DNA from: Phoronis australis
Taxonomy: Eukaryota > Animalia > Phoronida
DNA: 64,000 nucleotides
Direction: 5' to 3'
NCBI GenBank assembly: GCA_002633005.1
Contig: NMRA01000428.1
Coordinates: 118,900 to 182,899 of the forward strand
In this document: one piece after another, positions 49,001 through 62,410 of the stretch
Layout: the number at the start of each line of letters is the position of its first letter
Numbering within the stretch: the first letter of the stretch is position 1
Position numbers and translations under genes: made by a program
The notes under the pieces: model-generated
Seen by the model: only the letters and a program-made list of their open reading frames with translations
The model's database searches: none
Told to the model about the DNA's origin: nothing

Positions 49001-52000
49001 AGTCAAACAGAATGTTTTCGGTTAACACGATTTCTTAGAACCTTAAATAATGAAGAATGCGTGACAAATGTGGTTAATCATGGAGAGGTCTTGCTTTTTG
49101 AGTGAAAGTGCCAGAGTCGAAGTCTTCTTGTTTCATTACCATTATTATGAGATTAGCTTACAGGCAAAAGCCTGGAACACCCTTTGGTGCACATACATGC
49201 AGGATTCTGGAATTGGTGGTAGCGGCATCAGCAAAGATATTATGAGCTCGCCTACAAAGATCCGACCATAATGAGCACTGTCTGGGAGTTCCTGTGTGCT
49301 CTTGTCTTCCTTTCTCCAAACAGCTGATTGGTAGTTAGGTCGTTGTATGTGCCACTGGAAAGCGTCAGATGACGGCGCAAAGGCTCATGTGATACATCTT
49401 TGCCAAACAAGGCCACACAAGCGTTATCGCAGACAGCTTGATTGCGCTCACCATTAAAATGACAAACCAACAATCCAACTTGAGATTCTGCCTGTGGCGT
49501 ACGTATTTTCCTCCCGAGTTCTAAAAGAGCACAATGTTCAAAAACACCTTCCAAGTGATCTTCTTTCCGTGTCCGTGAAGCTGGGAAACTGTGTCACAAC
49601 CATGAAACACCGGTAGGCTTACAACCATGGAACTTGACATGTTGTAAATCTCATGAACTAGTATGCACGATGGCTTCTTCATAGTGCCTGATTTCATCCA
49701 AAGATGAGAACATTTCATTTTCTCAAAGTGGTGCACCAGTAGAACAAGCACGTCTGTGTCACGCGAGGAAACCACTGCGGTGACAACTTAAACATTTACG
49801 CGGTGTAAGACAATGCATGTGCCAGCTCTTTCATGGTTTGCCTGTAATGCTGAAATGTCGAATTGGGGTTTAGATGGCAATACTTTGCTTTCGTCGTGAC
49901 ATCCCCCACTCTCAGTCATTGTTTCTCCAGGAGGACAATTTAGCACTAGCTGTTGAGACAAGAATTCTTGCAGGCCTTGTTTTTTTCTGCCAGCTCGGTG
50001 AAACTCTGCGGGACAGACAAGCCTTTCACTTGACGTCTGATCGGATGAATACCATTTGCTTGTCTTTTTACGTGCTCCATCTTTAATCGAGGGCTGCCAA
50101 TATTGATCTTATGCTATATCTAGTCATTCGAAACCGACTCCCATAACCAAAATGGACTTCAGAAACGACTTCGCACAGTCTCGAAATGCCACGGCTTCAT
50201 TCGACTTCCCATAGATCTAACGAGAGTTTGTACTTCGATAACTAGGGCTGATGCTCCTCTCAGACGTGTTATGGATGCCCTGTCAGTGGTGTCTGCGAGC
50301 AATTCAAGTTGTGCAGATTTATTTCCCGGATGCAAACTTCCATCAGTGGATGCAAGAGACAGTGGCACTGACTTTAATTCGTGTTGGGAAATACTTTCTA
50401 CGCTCATTGGATGCCCTGTCTTGTATACAGTGAGAAGACACTTTGGAAACGTCTCAATTTTAATTACTTTCTTCATGTCTTTTTCCTTACCTGGATTTGG
50501 AACAATTTAAAGCAATGGAAATGTGATAACTTTGTTTTTGGCTATTGGATCCTTGGCGGCTGCATACGTAACAGTTTGTGACGAAACAAAACGGGTCTTC
50601 ACAAGGTCTGTTATCTTTTCTTATCCAATACTTTCAGGTTCCAGTAGTAATTCTTCAAATTACTTTGTTGCACCGTCTTTGGTTATGGTGTTTTGCAGGG
50701 CACGTGAAAGGTCCTAAAATGGATTGGCACGTTGAAACACGGTTACCAACAATTCTTCATCGTCTTTGTCCTTTCTAACTCTTCTAACTACTGATTCGAT
50801 GACTTGCATCCAAACAGTCGCCGTGTTTCTAAAGAAATTTGACTGCGCAAGTTGTAGAATAGCGCCCATCGACTTAGTGCTGATGACGTTTTTGTGATCC
50901 CAACTCTTCCTCCAGAAGACTTTCCAGTGGGGTTCAACCACTCCAGTGTATGACCAGGGTTCACGTGGTTGAAGAAGCCATCTACGTCTTTAACCAAGAC
51001 ATTCCCGTTCTGACATTCCGAGTAGACATTTTCTGGCAACATATGCACTTCAGCAAGATATATGGCGCCGGATCTGGCATAATTATGGTGGTAGTAACGT
51101 AAGAAGAATGAGAGCATCTCCGCAAAGGCTTCACGATGCAGATTCCTAGTACCTTCTCGCTGGGCTCTGGTATGCTGCAAAAGCACTCCAATCATCTGCA
51201 TGTACTACCATCAGAACGTCCCAGTATGGTTCCCTTGACGTATCTTCGTGGCGAACACTTCGAAAGTGTTCTTGAACCTATGTAATCCCAAAAGAACGGT
51301 CACTTCTTCAAACCCAAAAGCTTGGTAATTTTCTACATCTTCCTTCATCACACTGTCAAAATCATTGAGAAAGTGCAAGAATTTTGTAACCAACATCTGT
51401 CACAAAGCTTGGACGATGAGTTTGTGAACGCCAATAGCTTGTGAATATTGTTGATCTTCCATAATCCCATCAGCAACATTCGGTCCAAGAACCCCCCCCC
51501 CAATCAGACCAAACATCATTCAACCCTGAGTCAGCCATTTGTTTTCACAAAACTCTCAAAAATGACAATAGAATTGGGTAAACTGCCAAGTCAAGGAATC
51601 AAGACATCTGCAAAGTCTGGCGTTGACGATTTAAGCTCTCTGAAGGATCGCGGAGAGGGCTTCGTCTACTTTTCATCGACGGAGCGTGTTATGTGAATCA
51701 TTCTTTGGACAACGGTGTTTAAGATGTCTTTGACGTGCGCTGTCACGTGCATGATTGGAAGGTATCCAACTGATGTGCAAGGAGGATTGTTGTCCGCATG
51801 TGCTTTATTAAAGGCAGTTTAAGTAGGCTTGAGATGGTCTGTATTCCTTGACAGATGGAATGCGATAGCATTTGCTTGGAACTGACGTAATGGCAAGCCT
51901 CAGTGTGTCTTGCAAAACATTCTTCCTTAACTTGATCCCTGAAATTGGGATGATTTCTCCATCTTGTAATGGGAGAATTTCATCCACGACATTTGGAACG

Positions 52001-55000
52001 TTAATCTTTTCCATTCTTATGGCGCCATTGTGGATAGAACCTATAATGGGGTGGTCTTCTTTTCCAAGCGGCATATTGAGTGGCATGAAATGTGTTATTT
52101 CCGTCAATACTTGCCTCATTCATGTCGACCTTGTGTGCAGAAAATGTGTAAAGCGCCCATCTACAACATTAGGAGAAATAATTGCGTCATCCTCATCCAT
52201 GATTTCAAGAGTCTTCTCATCAAGAGCGGTGTATAGCTTCAGATGATCTTTATAGGCCATAACATAATCTGCAATATGGAAAAGGTGCAAAAGGGCTTTG
52301 GAGCTTGTTGACTGGTGAAGACAACTTCCCAGTACAACATTTTTGGGCGTGAGTCTCCCACTGACGACTAAGACCAAGCCTTGGGCCATGTTAAAAATTC
52401 GTGTACGCCTTTGCTGTTGTTTGCTGCTATCACGGTCAGCATCCTGATTTCTAAGAACATCTTCGCCAGCTATCACTAGGTTCAGGAATATAAAGAGGCT
52501 GTCTGGTACACAATTCATAGAAATTTTTCAGACATATCTACTCCTTCATATGGAGGATTACCTAAAATATCAGCCCTCAGTTTTAGTGCTACATGGGCAA
52601 TATCATGATAATCATCCCTGAAATTCTCAGGGCTGTATTTTGGGATGTCTGATGTGCTTTGTACTTTTTCATCTGCAAAGTGATGTCGCATAATTGAAAC
52701 TGGCATATGGGCATATGTAAACGGAACACTGTTGTCGGCAATAATGATGATGTCGTAAGTACCAGCCGAGACAGCTGGTCTTTAAACGTTGCCTGCCGGG
52801 TAATGGATGAGGATGGAACAATAACTAGACAGATTTCGCTGATGTTGCAGTGTCATTTCTGCACTGCCTGTAGTTCTAAGACATTTCCATTGTCGGCACA
52901 CACTTTAAAGGAGCATGCCACCCAAAAATCAACCTAATTTGTATCAATTTAGATCGAGTAGTTCTACTCGATAACGACACGCATGGTTGCGTGACCTGAC
53001 CCCTGACGGCAGACGGAGGTGTTGGAATTATCCAGTGACGTCATCGGTTTCACACGCAGTCTGTTCAGCAGTTCTCAACATGGGTTACTGGTGTCAGCTT
53101 ATCGCTTTAAGTCATCGTTTAACACCAATAAATCGTCAAACTTCGATGTAAAACCCTTAAAAATACACCGAGTTCTTATAAAAACGCGTTGTTTTTTTCG
53201 CTCTTGCGGATTTATTGGTATTTGGACACACCGTAGCCTACAAAGTTCGGCAGGCCAATAAGGTCCGTAGCTGGAGTTTGGGGTCTGTTCGGAGATAATT
53301 TCGAAGTATTTTCCTTGAGATACAGACAGGAGAACCTAGATCTGTGTTGTTTAGACTTGTGATTTTTTGAGTTCTAAACACAAAACGCTTTAAGTTATCC
53401 TGGCCAGTGGCTCGGATTCCGATCAGGCCCGTGGCGCCGCTCGGATTGATTCGTTATCCCGGCCAGTGGCTCGGAAACTGATCAGACATCACGAACATAA
53501 ACCAGCCAAAGTTCAGTGGAAACTAAACTTCCAGTCGAGAAAATACTATACTAGTGAGCCAAAGTAATGTGCACGTGATTATGTTGGTGAATTAGCCACG
53601 AAACTGCAAATCTACTTACTCGTCGGGGGCCGCGAATTCACGTTCCGCTTTGGCCACAGCACCGTCAGGACAGAAGTTGTACAATGACAATCGTTATTTG
53701 AGAAATGCAAATGTAACACCTAACACCTGGCCGTGGGATGGAAATCGAATTGTTTCACAACAGTTTCTGCCAGCAAACACTAAATTAGCATGAGCTCACA
53801 CGGCCTCGGTGTCCCGTCAATTAGTTTTATTGCACCTAAAGCCGGTAACGCAGTGATTTATCCATTGCTGGCTTTTCAAATAATTTGCACTCACGAACAC
53901 TCCAAAGGCATCACAAATTGCATCTAATGAGACAGACTTTGTTTCAGTTTTATATAAGTATTGGTTAGGGTGAGAATAATTCATTTTGAAAAAGAACGCT
54001 CAGTAATGAACGCCAACATGGCAACTCGAGCAGACTGTTTTAATGTACTAAAGCCACTTTCAGTTTTTGCTTGCGTCATGTTCATCGAGTTTTCTTTTCT
54101 ATTAAGGCACTGCTTTACTGCCAAGACTTTGGACACCTAAATAAAATTTTTACTTTTTGAGACAATTTCCGATGTTGCAACGCATTTGCTAGAACCGGGA
54201 ATTTCCGAGAGTATTTTGTATGAAAGTGACATAGTTTAGGAAATCTATTATTGGAGACTGTCCAAGTCATTACTCCGACAGCTTATTACTACCATCATAG
54301 ACTTATCGAAGAGAGTGCCCCTCCATTTCTCCACTAAGACCACGACCTAAAAGTTAAAAGCATATCGATTTTGAACGTTGGGCATCTATTTTCATTGTGA
54401 TTTCCCACCTTCTTGGTGTGTATTTTTTGTGTCAGGAGCGACACTTCCATTGTCATTGTGGGAAAACTTCAGAATAACTAAAAAAATCACGCTTTCAGAA
54501 ATTGCCAGTGGGGTCTACCGTATATGCGAGCATCTGTTTGCATGCGTCTGTATTCTACTTATTACGTACAAATAATACACCTGCGCCTTAATTTCCAGGC
54601 GTAATTTTCAATTTCTAGGCGTATATTCTACGTAATACACCTGCGGCTAGCTACTATTTCCTTGTACGCCTATTACGCCTGCGCCAAAATTTCCAGACAC
54701 ATTTAAATCTTTCTAGGCGTATTTGCGTCCCTGCCGGCGCTAATTATGAGCCCTTCATGTACGTTCCATGAAATATTTACAACACGCATTGTTACTTACT
54801 ACATCATTTGTGTTTCACGTCATATATCAACTAATCACATCTACTTGAAGTACATATTAACAAATAAACAATTCATGACTCCATCTTAAAACAGTGTTTT
54901 ATCGTAATTTATCAAAGTTTTCGTTTCATCGAGACCTTGAATGTCCAGCATTGCTTTTGCAACCAGAAACTTTAAAAGAGCCTCACTGCTATGAGTCCTG

Positions 55001-58000
55001 CTGTGAAGTGGTACTATAGAAATTTTACTCTTTGAAACTATGTATCAATGCCAAATAAAAAATGGAAAAGTCCATAACAATGAATAAAAGGGAAGATTAA
55101 AACTGTACAATTTGTTGCAGTGCAGTAACATACCATATTTTCATTCATCACGTTTGATTCAATCTATTATCAACAGCCATTTAATTTTTTGTTTATTCCT
55201 TTTTGAGCATTACAATTTCACAATAGATTGTAGCAGCCATCTTGGATTTAGTGATGGTGTAAGCAAAATCTATTTTGCCATACATTGTTGTTCCTGGAAG
55301 ACTCCAAAACTAGTCTGAACTTATGTGTAAAGATGCCCCGAAATATTTGAGCTCACAGTCTTTCCAATGGAACATGTGTGGCATAATGTGACCTTGACTT
55401 TGACCATCCAGTAACAAAACTAGTATCTGAAAAGATTTTATCAGCCCTAAAAACCTACAGTTTAATGTATCATACTCATTTTAAAAGGCATTTATTGGGA
55501 CTTGCCGATTTCAACATGGTCGGAGGCGGCCATCTTGGATTTAAGGGTTATGCCGCCAAAATCCAGCCAGGCATACATTTTTTGGATTCAGCTCCGTAAA
55601 ATTATTAATATCAATCATCAGATCTGCATTACCCCGAAATGCCTTCGACAGTCACTTTTGCCAAATTGGAATCTGGATAGTCTGGATGTACATGCGTGTG
55701 ACAAACGCATACCTTCACTCGTTTAAAAGGATTTTCCTGTCTTACACTTACGATTGTGGAAAATTGTGGCAGAGGTAACACTGAGGAAGCGTAACACACC
55801 AAGTATCTCAACAGATGGCGCAACAGGAATTATTGCGTAAAAAAGAGCTCCAAGAGTGCAGCCAACAGCAATCACCAAGTTGCTCCTGAAATCACATAAT
55901 GCATTTGAAGCTTCCGTGTGTACATATGTGAGTGTGAGTGTGTGTTTCTGTGTTTTGCCTCGTGTGTGGTTACGTAATAGCATTTTAATATGTAAATTGC
56001 TTAATAAACGGCATGTGGTTTTTAAACCACATGCCGTTTATTAAGCAATTTATTAAAATAACCACCTGCAGCAATGACGCTGGCGTGTGAATGTGCGTGC
56101 GTTTGCGTGTGAGTGCGTGTATCTGTCTGTCTGTAAGTTTGCATGTGTGTGTGTGCGTTCGTGTGCCGCTGCTTAATAGCAATTTTACTTCAAAATTTGT
56201 TTAATGCAGGACACACACGGTGTAATAAACAACTGCATCTATGACGTTGGTTAGTTCCTGTGGTCTAAACACTGTACTCAAAACTCGAAAAAAGTTATTG
56301 AATGCTCATAACGTCATAGCCACATTTTTCACACGTGTCGATTCATTACTCACACCCTGTCTTGTGAGTGACACGATCGGCCTCTTGTCGAACACGAGTC
56401 GATGTTCTTGAAAGAACCAATGTGTTGAACAAACCAACCAGCCTCCCGTTTAGTAACGCTATGACCTCGCTAAGAAGCAAGACCTCGGAAGATTACCTTA
56501 GATATTGCCGCGTGTTTTAAATTAGAACACGTGTCTTTGGCTACATTTCAGGTAGGTCTCAACGTAGGTCCTAGCGTTACTGAACGCTTGCCAGATCGCC
56601 ATGATGGAACGAAAATGACAGCTGCAAAGGCTGTCGACCATGACATCAACTAAAACTTAAAAAATATTGACTACAGTTACAATACGTGTACAACACAGAG
56701 TGACTTTAAAAGTAATTTGTACACCGGACAATTCGGATGGCCGGTACGGCAACGAAAGTAACTGATATATTTCCTTTAGTGCCTTTTTATTGCATGCGTT
56801 GAATCAAACATGGGCGTCACCTAAAATAACAAGTGATCAGAGTGGACCGAGTGAAAAACAACTCAACCAACATAACGGAACTTTGTAGTAACTACAGCGC
56901 AGAGTTGTGTGAATTGATGTCACGATGTCGGAATTTGTAGACAATTGCAAACGTTCATTTCCGAAAAATTTCGAACATGGCAAGTGGCAGTCAGATAATG
57001 ACTCTGTCAAATACAATGAGTGTGAAAGTGAACTTGTCCCTTATTTTGGTCAATTCGAAGTGAAAAGGTAGATGACGTTTTTGGGTGATCAGATGTCAGC
57101 TCAGTTTCCCGTTAACTAACTGACATCGGATCATGCGCCATCACTGAACAAAACACATCGTCTTAAGGTCAAACAGGAATGGGGCGGAACTTGACCTGCT
57201 TAGGAATTATTTTTCGAGTCAACTCTGACGCATGTAATTGCTCACTTTCGACATAGCCGTGCCATATTGAAATTCACTAACCCGCCACTATGTCGACGAT
57301 CTGAGTAGTGTTCAGTAACGCCGAGACCTCTATAAAAAGCAAAACTTGACAAGATTACTTGAGATATTGCAGTGTATTTTAAATGAGAACACGTGCTTTG
57401 GCTAGATTTTAGCGAAGTACTAGCGTAGGTCCTAGCGTTAGTAGACTCTACCCAGGTCCTTGGCGGAAAATCGTTCAGCGCCACCGATGTACAAATCCCA
57501 AGTAATGTGGTTTCAACCTTCTGGTACAGAAAGCGATTTATTAAACATATGAAAATGAAAAATCAATATACATTTAAACTTGTGCATGTGTTGTGATGTT
57601 GGCTTAAAGTACACTGTTGCAATATTTGCACTCAATGAACTTTGGTTACCGACTTTGGTTACCGAGTTATGACCCATTTGGCTATAATAGCATATTTTAC
57701 GTTTTTTCATGACTGTCAGTAAAACTGTATTCTTATTTGGCAAAAAACAGAATTGTGATAAAGTGTGGTATTGGTGGTCGTAAAAATCACGAAATGTTAA
57801 TAACAAAAATTATATTTGCAACTCGCAGATAAAATTAAATTTCCAGCAGGGGAAAAAATTCCGAGAGCAATTTTCAGGCCAGTCACAAGTGGCAAGATGT
57901 TTCTTCATCTGCGTGCTATATCGAAAAATAGTTGAAAATCGTTGTATAAACTCTTCGAGTCCCCGTAGTGGCAGAAATATTTTAGACTTACATTCATTAG

Positions 58001-59186
58001 GTGGCCACAGGTGTCGCGCTGACCAGAAGATGATTGCTAGTGGTGAATGGCTTACATAGAAAATGAGAAAAGGGATCTGACCCCCCAAGTTGCGAGCTTG
58101 ATCAGACAAACCTGTATAAAGTCGACTCACCTTTTAGGGAACTTGGCCATCACAAAAGCTAACACAGGCAAAACCACGGCAAAATTCAATGATGCGATTG
58201 ATAATGCAGTAGCTAGAGATGAGTAGTTGCTATTGGTTCGTTTGATGAGGTCTGGTAAACATATACCAACGTTCGTAAATTGACAACCCTGGGAATAAAT
58301 ATGTACAGGAATGAGAAAATGGGAGAGTTAACTAAGCTCTGGCAGGTCGAGAATCCTATGTGCTTCCGACTATCAAAATAGAGACGCGCTATGCATTGAT
58401 GGTGTAAATTTAAAACGTCCTTTGCATTTGCATGTATTTTTACGCTCAATTATTAGAGAAATCTTCATTTTCGTGAGTCCCCATGGAGTACTTTACTAAA
58501 ATTGGTTTGCTCATGTTTGGCTGTTCTTGAGAACAGAGGGAAGGAGTAGAACATTACGTCATGCCAGGGCTATTCAATGATTGTAAGGGATAGACTAGAC
58601 GATTGCCTGAATATTTCACAGGAATTCAATGCAATTGTTTCGCAATTTGCACTCTCCTTCACACTCTAGAAGGTTAAAGGGCCCAAAAATATTTTTCGTT
58701 TATTTTACAGAAGCCATGTGTTTTTTGTACCATTTAACACAAACATTCTTACCTCATATTGTCTCATGTTATCTTATGTTAAATCATCTAATCCATTATG
58801 TTAACACATTACAATTACATTATATCACTGTTTAGAATGGTAATATTGCAGAAAACGTCTGGTTTTTGAGTATACAAATTGTTACTCTAGAAAACTGAAC
58901 GTGTTGAATTAATTGAAATTTGTGAAGGGATACGACCTCATCTGACCACAAATCACACTAAATAAAAATAATTACTCAAGCCTGGGGTCCTCTTTTGGCC
59001 TAAAAGCAGTAGAAATGCCAAAAAATTTACCGTTACGAAGAAGATTACAGTGATTGCCAACGATTTACAGACGAAGTAATTTCGTGTTCCCACCGGAAGA
59101 TCTGGTTGCAGTGTTTCCTCAATGGGTTCTCCTTCGTCAGTCGTCCGGTCAGTTCTCGCATTCTTCATAATTTGTAAACAGCGCAT
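46082..59186 (-). CDS. MFS transporter paralog B (MFSD4 / sodium-dependent glucose transporter 1-like), 545 aa
   Basis: Exons 59186-59031 (156), 58288-58131 (158), 55885-55752 (134), 47271-46082 (1190). First three exon sizes and all phases match paralog A, and the proteins are clearly homologous. Confidence 0.9.
48266..55690 (-). mobile_element. Decayed Academ-like DNA transposon with long imperfect TIRs, in intron 3 of MFS paralog B
   Basis: 48266-~48510 is the inverted homolog of ~55435-55680 (e.g. ccaataaatgccttttaaaatgagtatg / catactcattttaaaaggcatttattgg). Left terminus is TAG. Fragmented ORFs (49250-52900) have REG..NLH...F.EML.FF..Y.H.NYAR, SRDTDVLVLL and FHGCDTVS..G.GK (XPG-like). 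Possible TSD catg at 48262-48265 / 55691-55694. Confidence 0.8.
52905..54760. mobile_element. Nested insertion(s) interrupting the Academ-like ORF
   Basis: Transposase-like translation stops at ttaaaggagca (a TTAA-start, Kolobok-like terminus). The right part (54575-54755) has repeated aggcgta/tacgcct subterminal motifs ending in attatgagccct. Class uncertain. Confidence 0.4.
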
Positions 59187-60882
59187 TTGGATAGTTTCAG
59201 TTTTACAAAGCAATGTTCCCTGTTGTCACAGAATTACAAACTGAAACACTTAATATGAAGAAAAAAACAAAAACAGAATTTCCACGTTGGTCATGAACTT
59301 CACTCGTCAAGTACAACATGGAATATTATGACTGTTTTAATACACTCCACCCATATTTAAAGATTGATAAATGTATAATGCGTAACACAATGTGTGTTCT
59401 TAAGCATGGATTTGCTGTTTTGATTACGGATGAGCAAAAACACTGCACGCAGGAGAGTGAACGTGTACATGTAAACGAGTTTTCACCACAGCGAAGTGCA
59501 TCGTTTGATGAATTCCTAAGGCTGCTAAAGTACCCATTCAGTTCACAAAGCATGGCACGACTGGACATATTGTGCATTTTGAGTTCAAGCATCAATGCAC
59601 ATGATTACCAAAACGACATTGTTTGATAAAAATGTTGGGCCGCATACAAATGTACTTGCAACAAAATAGTGCACACTTAAGATAAAATTTAAGCATGCAA
59701 TCAAACATTGACGGAAGCGGTAAATAGTTTTCAGTCAAAATGTTTACAAATTAAATTTTCTTCAAAGTCACATGATCTTTACAAACCGACACCTCTTCCA
59801 TAATGAATTAGAAAACCCACACTAGCGTTTCTAATTGCGTTGGTGTTGCAATACAAACAATTCCCAAATCCCGACTTATTTCAGGGTTCTTGACAGCTTA
59901 AATATACAGAATCATGTACAGTGAATTTCAAATCACTGATCGCGGTGGGAAAATATGGCCAAGGAATGATGATGTCATAATGGAGACTTTTATTACCACC
60001 CATATTATTAGCTTCGTTCCGACTACATAATAACCGCTGGAAACGAGAAGTGATAAAACTTACCTCATTCCCGACTTGATGTTTTAAGACCCGTCCCAAA
60101 ACAAAAAAAAACAAGCGACATTGCCACTGAGAGTAATCAGGGCGCCGAGACAACATACGTCATTACGACATAATGTTTCAAGGCTAAATTGAAACACTCG
60201 TCACCGAGTGCTAGGGGTTTTCCAAGGTAGCAGACAGATTATGGTACCGAAGTACCCGGAGTATAGAGCTCGATATCAGTTTGACAGAATATTACCTTCA
60301 ATCGCACTGCCTATGGCAAATCAAAAACATGTTAACGAATGATACAATCGACATTGGGTCACTGAAGTCCATGCAACGATAGAAAATAGATGTAATAGAT
60401 GTGTACCTCGAACTGCAGTCAAACTGCACGAAAATAGAGTTGTGATGACGCATTTCCGCCATATTCTATAGATCTGTTTGGCTCTCTGGTAACGGACCTC
60501 ACTTTACGGCATCATTCATTAATCCCCGACTGTTAATCGTGTCTGTGAATGACAATTTTTCAATAATGTTTTTTGACTTGCTTGTAGACTTTGGCTTACA
60601 TAATGTGGGACACTCAGTTACAGAATCGCCATGCAATAGGTGAGTGTTGAGACTTGTCCTTTCGTTTCTGAGATACTGGTCTGTTTTACGGAGCTAAGTG
60701 AAATAAAATTATTTAATTTTGAAATTTCTTTTAGTCATCAGCAAACTGTCGTCACTTTTTTCTGCCAAGATGACCGTTGCTATATATTTGTTTCATTTTA
60801 ACGTAAAGACAACGGAAAGTACAAATTAAATGACCATCTTAATCGCTGAGACAGTAGCAAACATGTTGCATATAGATAGAAA

Positions 60883-62410
60883 TTATTACATGACGAAATC
60901 GTTGTCCCTCGTAATCTAGAGCCCGAGTGGATTTTGGAGAATTCTGCAAAATCTACGAGGGCTCTAAGATAAGGGGATAACGACTGAGAAAGTGTAATAA
61001 TCTATTTACACCACATACTGAACGAAAAACTTTGTAATGAATAGATCTACCTTTGTCGGCTCGCCTCAACTTTGTAACTACTTTCTATGTCATAGGCCAG
61101 GGGAAGGAGCTCGTGACCTTTTAAGAAACGCCAAGTTATTCCTGTTAAGATAACGCTTTCACTCAAACCAATTGAAAATTTAAACAAAATAAAAATAAAG
61201 TGAACATATAAAAAGTTTTAAGGAACTAGTCTATTTTACTACACATCTTATCGTAGTAAGCTTCCTCCGTGGAAATATTGTCTGTTAAAGTAGGTTACCA
61301 TTGGTTACTAAGTATAATGTCCAAGTCAAAGAATCCCGACAACATGTTACCAGCCTTTAAACTGGGGATCGACGATTTCCAAGTGAGAGAAGTGAAAGAT
61401 AAAATTTACTGAATTTATAATGCCTTTTTATTGAAATTATGCGTGTTATTTTTCACAGAGTATGGATGTCAATACAATGCCGTTTGTTGAAAATGTGATT
61501 ATTATGGGTCCTCACTTAAATACTCTAGTTTCTCTCACGATGACGGTATATGCTGAATGACGCAGCGGTTAAGTCGAGGGCTCGGAATTCTAGCGAAGCG
61601 GGTTCGAAACCGACCGCTCTTTCTGCCAAAATAAGTTCAACACGAGTTGCCTAACTATATGGGTTATTCAACAGTTCTATTTTTCATATCAGGCTGATAA
61701 TCTGGTATAAGTATATATTATTACAAAGCGAAGATGTTAGCTTCCGTAATCTAGAGCCCTCGTGGATTTTGGAGAATTATCGCCCTCGGCGCCAACTATA
61801 ATTCTACAAAATGTACGAGGGCTCTAGATATGGGGAAAACGACTAGGACATGTAATATTCTATTGATACCACATACAGAACGATAGACGTTGCAACAAAA
61901 CGATCTACCCGTCTCGACTCGCCTCGTTTTTGTAACTATTTTATAGGTCAGAGGCCCGGGTTCTGAGGTCGTGACCTTTTCAGAAACGCCCAGATATTCT
62001 TGTTAAAATAATAATTTTATTCAAAACAAAAATTAAACCCAATAGAAATAAAGTAAGTCTATTAAAAAGTTTTAAACACCTTGTCTAGCTTACTACGCAT
62101 CTTATCGTGTTATGCTTCCACCGTGAAAATGTTGTCTGCTAAAGTAGGTTACTGTACCACTGATTTCTGAGTTCAATACCCAAGTCAAAGGATACTGACG
62201 ATATATTACCGCATTTATACTGGAGATCGACGATTTACAAGTGGGTGAAATGAAAGATAAATTTTACCCATTTAAAAATGTCGTTTGCATTGAAATTGTG
62301 CGTGTTATTTTTCATAGCGTATAAATGTCTCTGCAATGCTGTTTGTTGAATATGCGTCATTTAAGTATTAGTTTTCCTTTTCCACGTTCGATGACGTCAG
62401 CTCTTGAGTG
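60883..62410. repeat. Two diverged tandem copies (~835-bp period) of a unit starting with a fold-back hairpin
   Basis: 60883-61560 aligns with 61718-62400; each has atctagagccc..gtggattttg ... caaaat.tacgagggctcta. Confidence 0.85.
61552..61620 (+). other. tRNA-derived Pol III promoter-like segment (SINE head or tRNA pseudogene)
   Basis: A-box-like tgacgcagcgg (61558-61568) and B-box ggttcgaaacc (61601-61611) at tRNA-like spacing; no intact cloverleaf. Confidence 0.5.

Noticed and set aside
61552-61620. Functional tRNA gene
   Set aside because: A and B boxes are present but the acceptor and anticodon stems do not pair.
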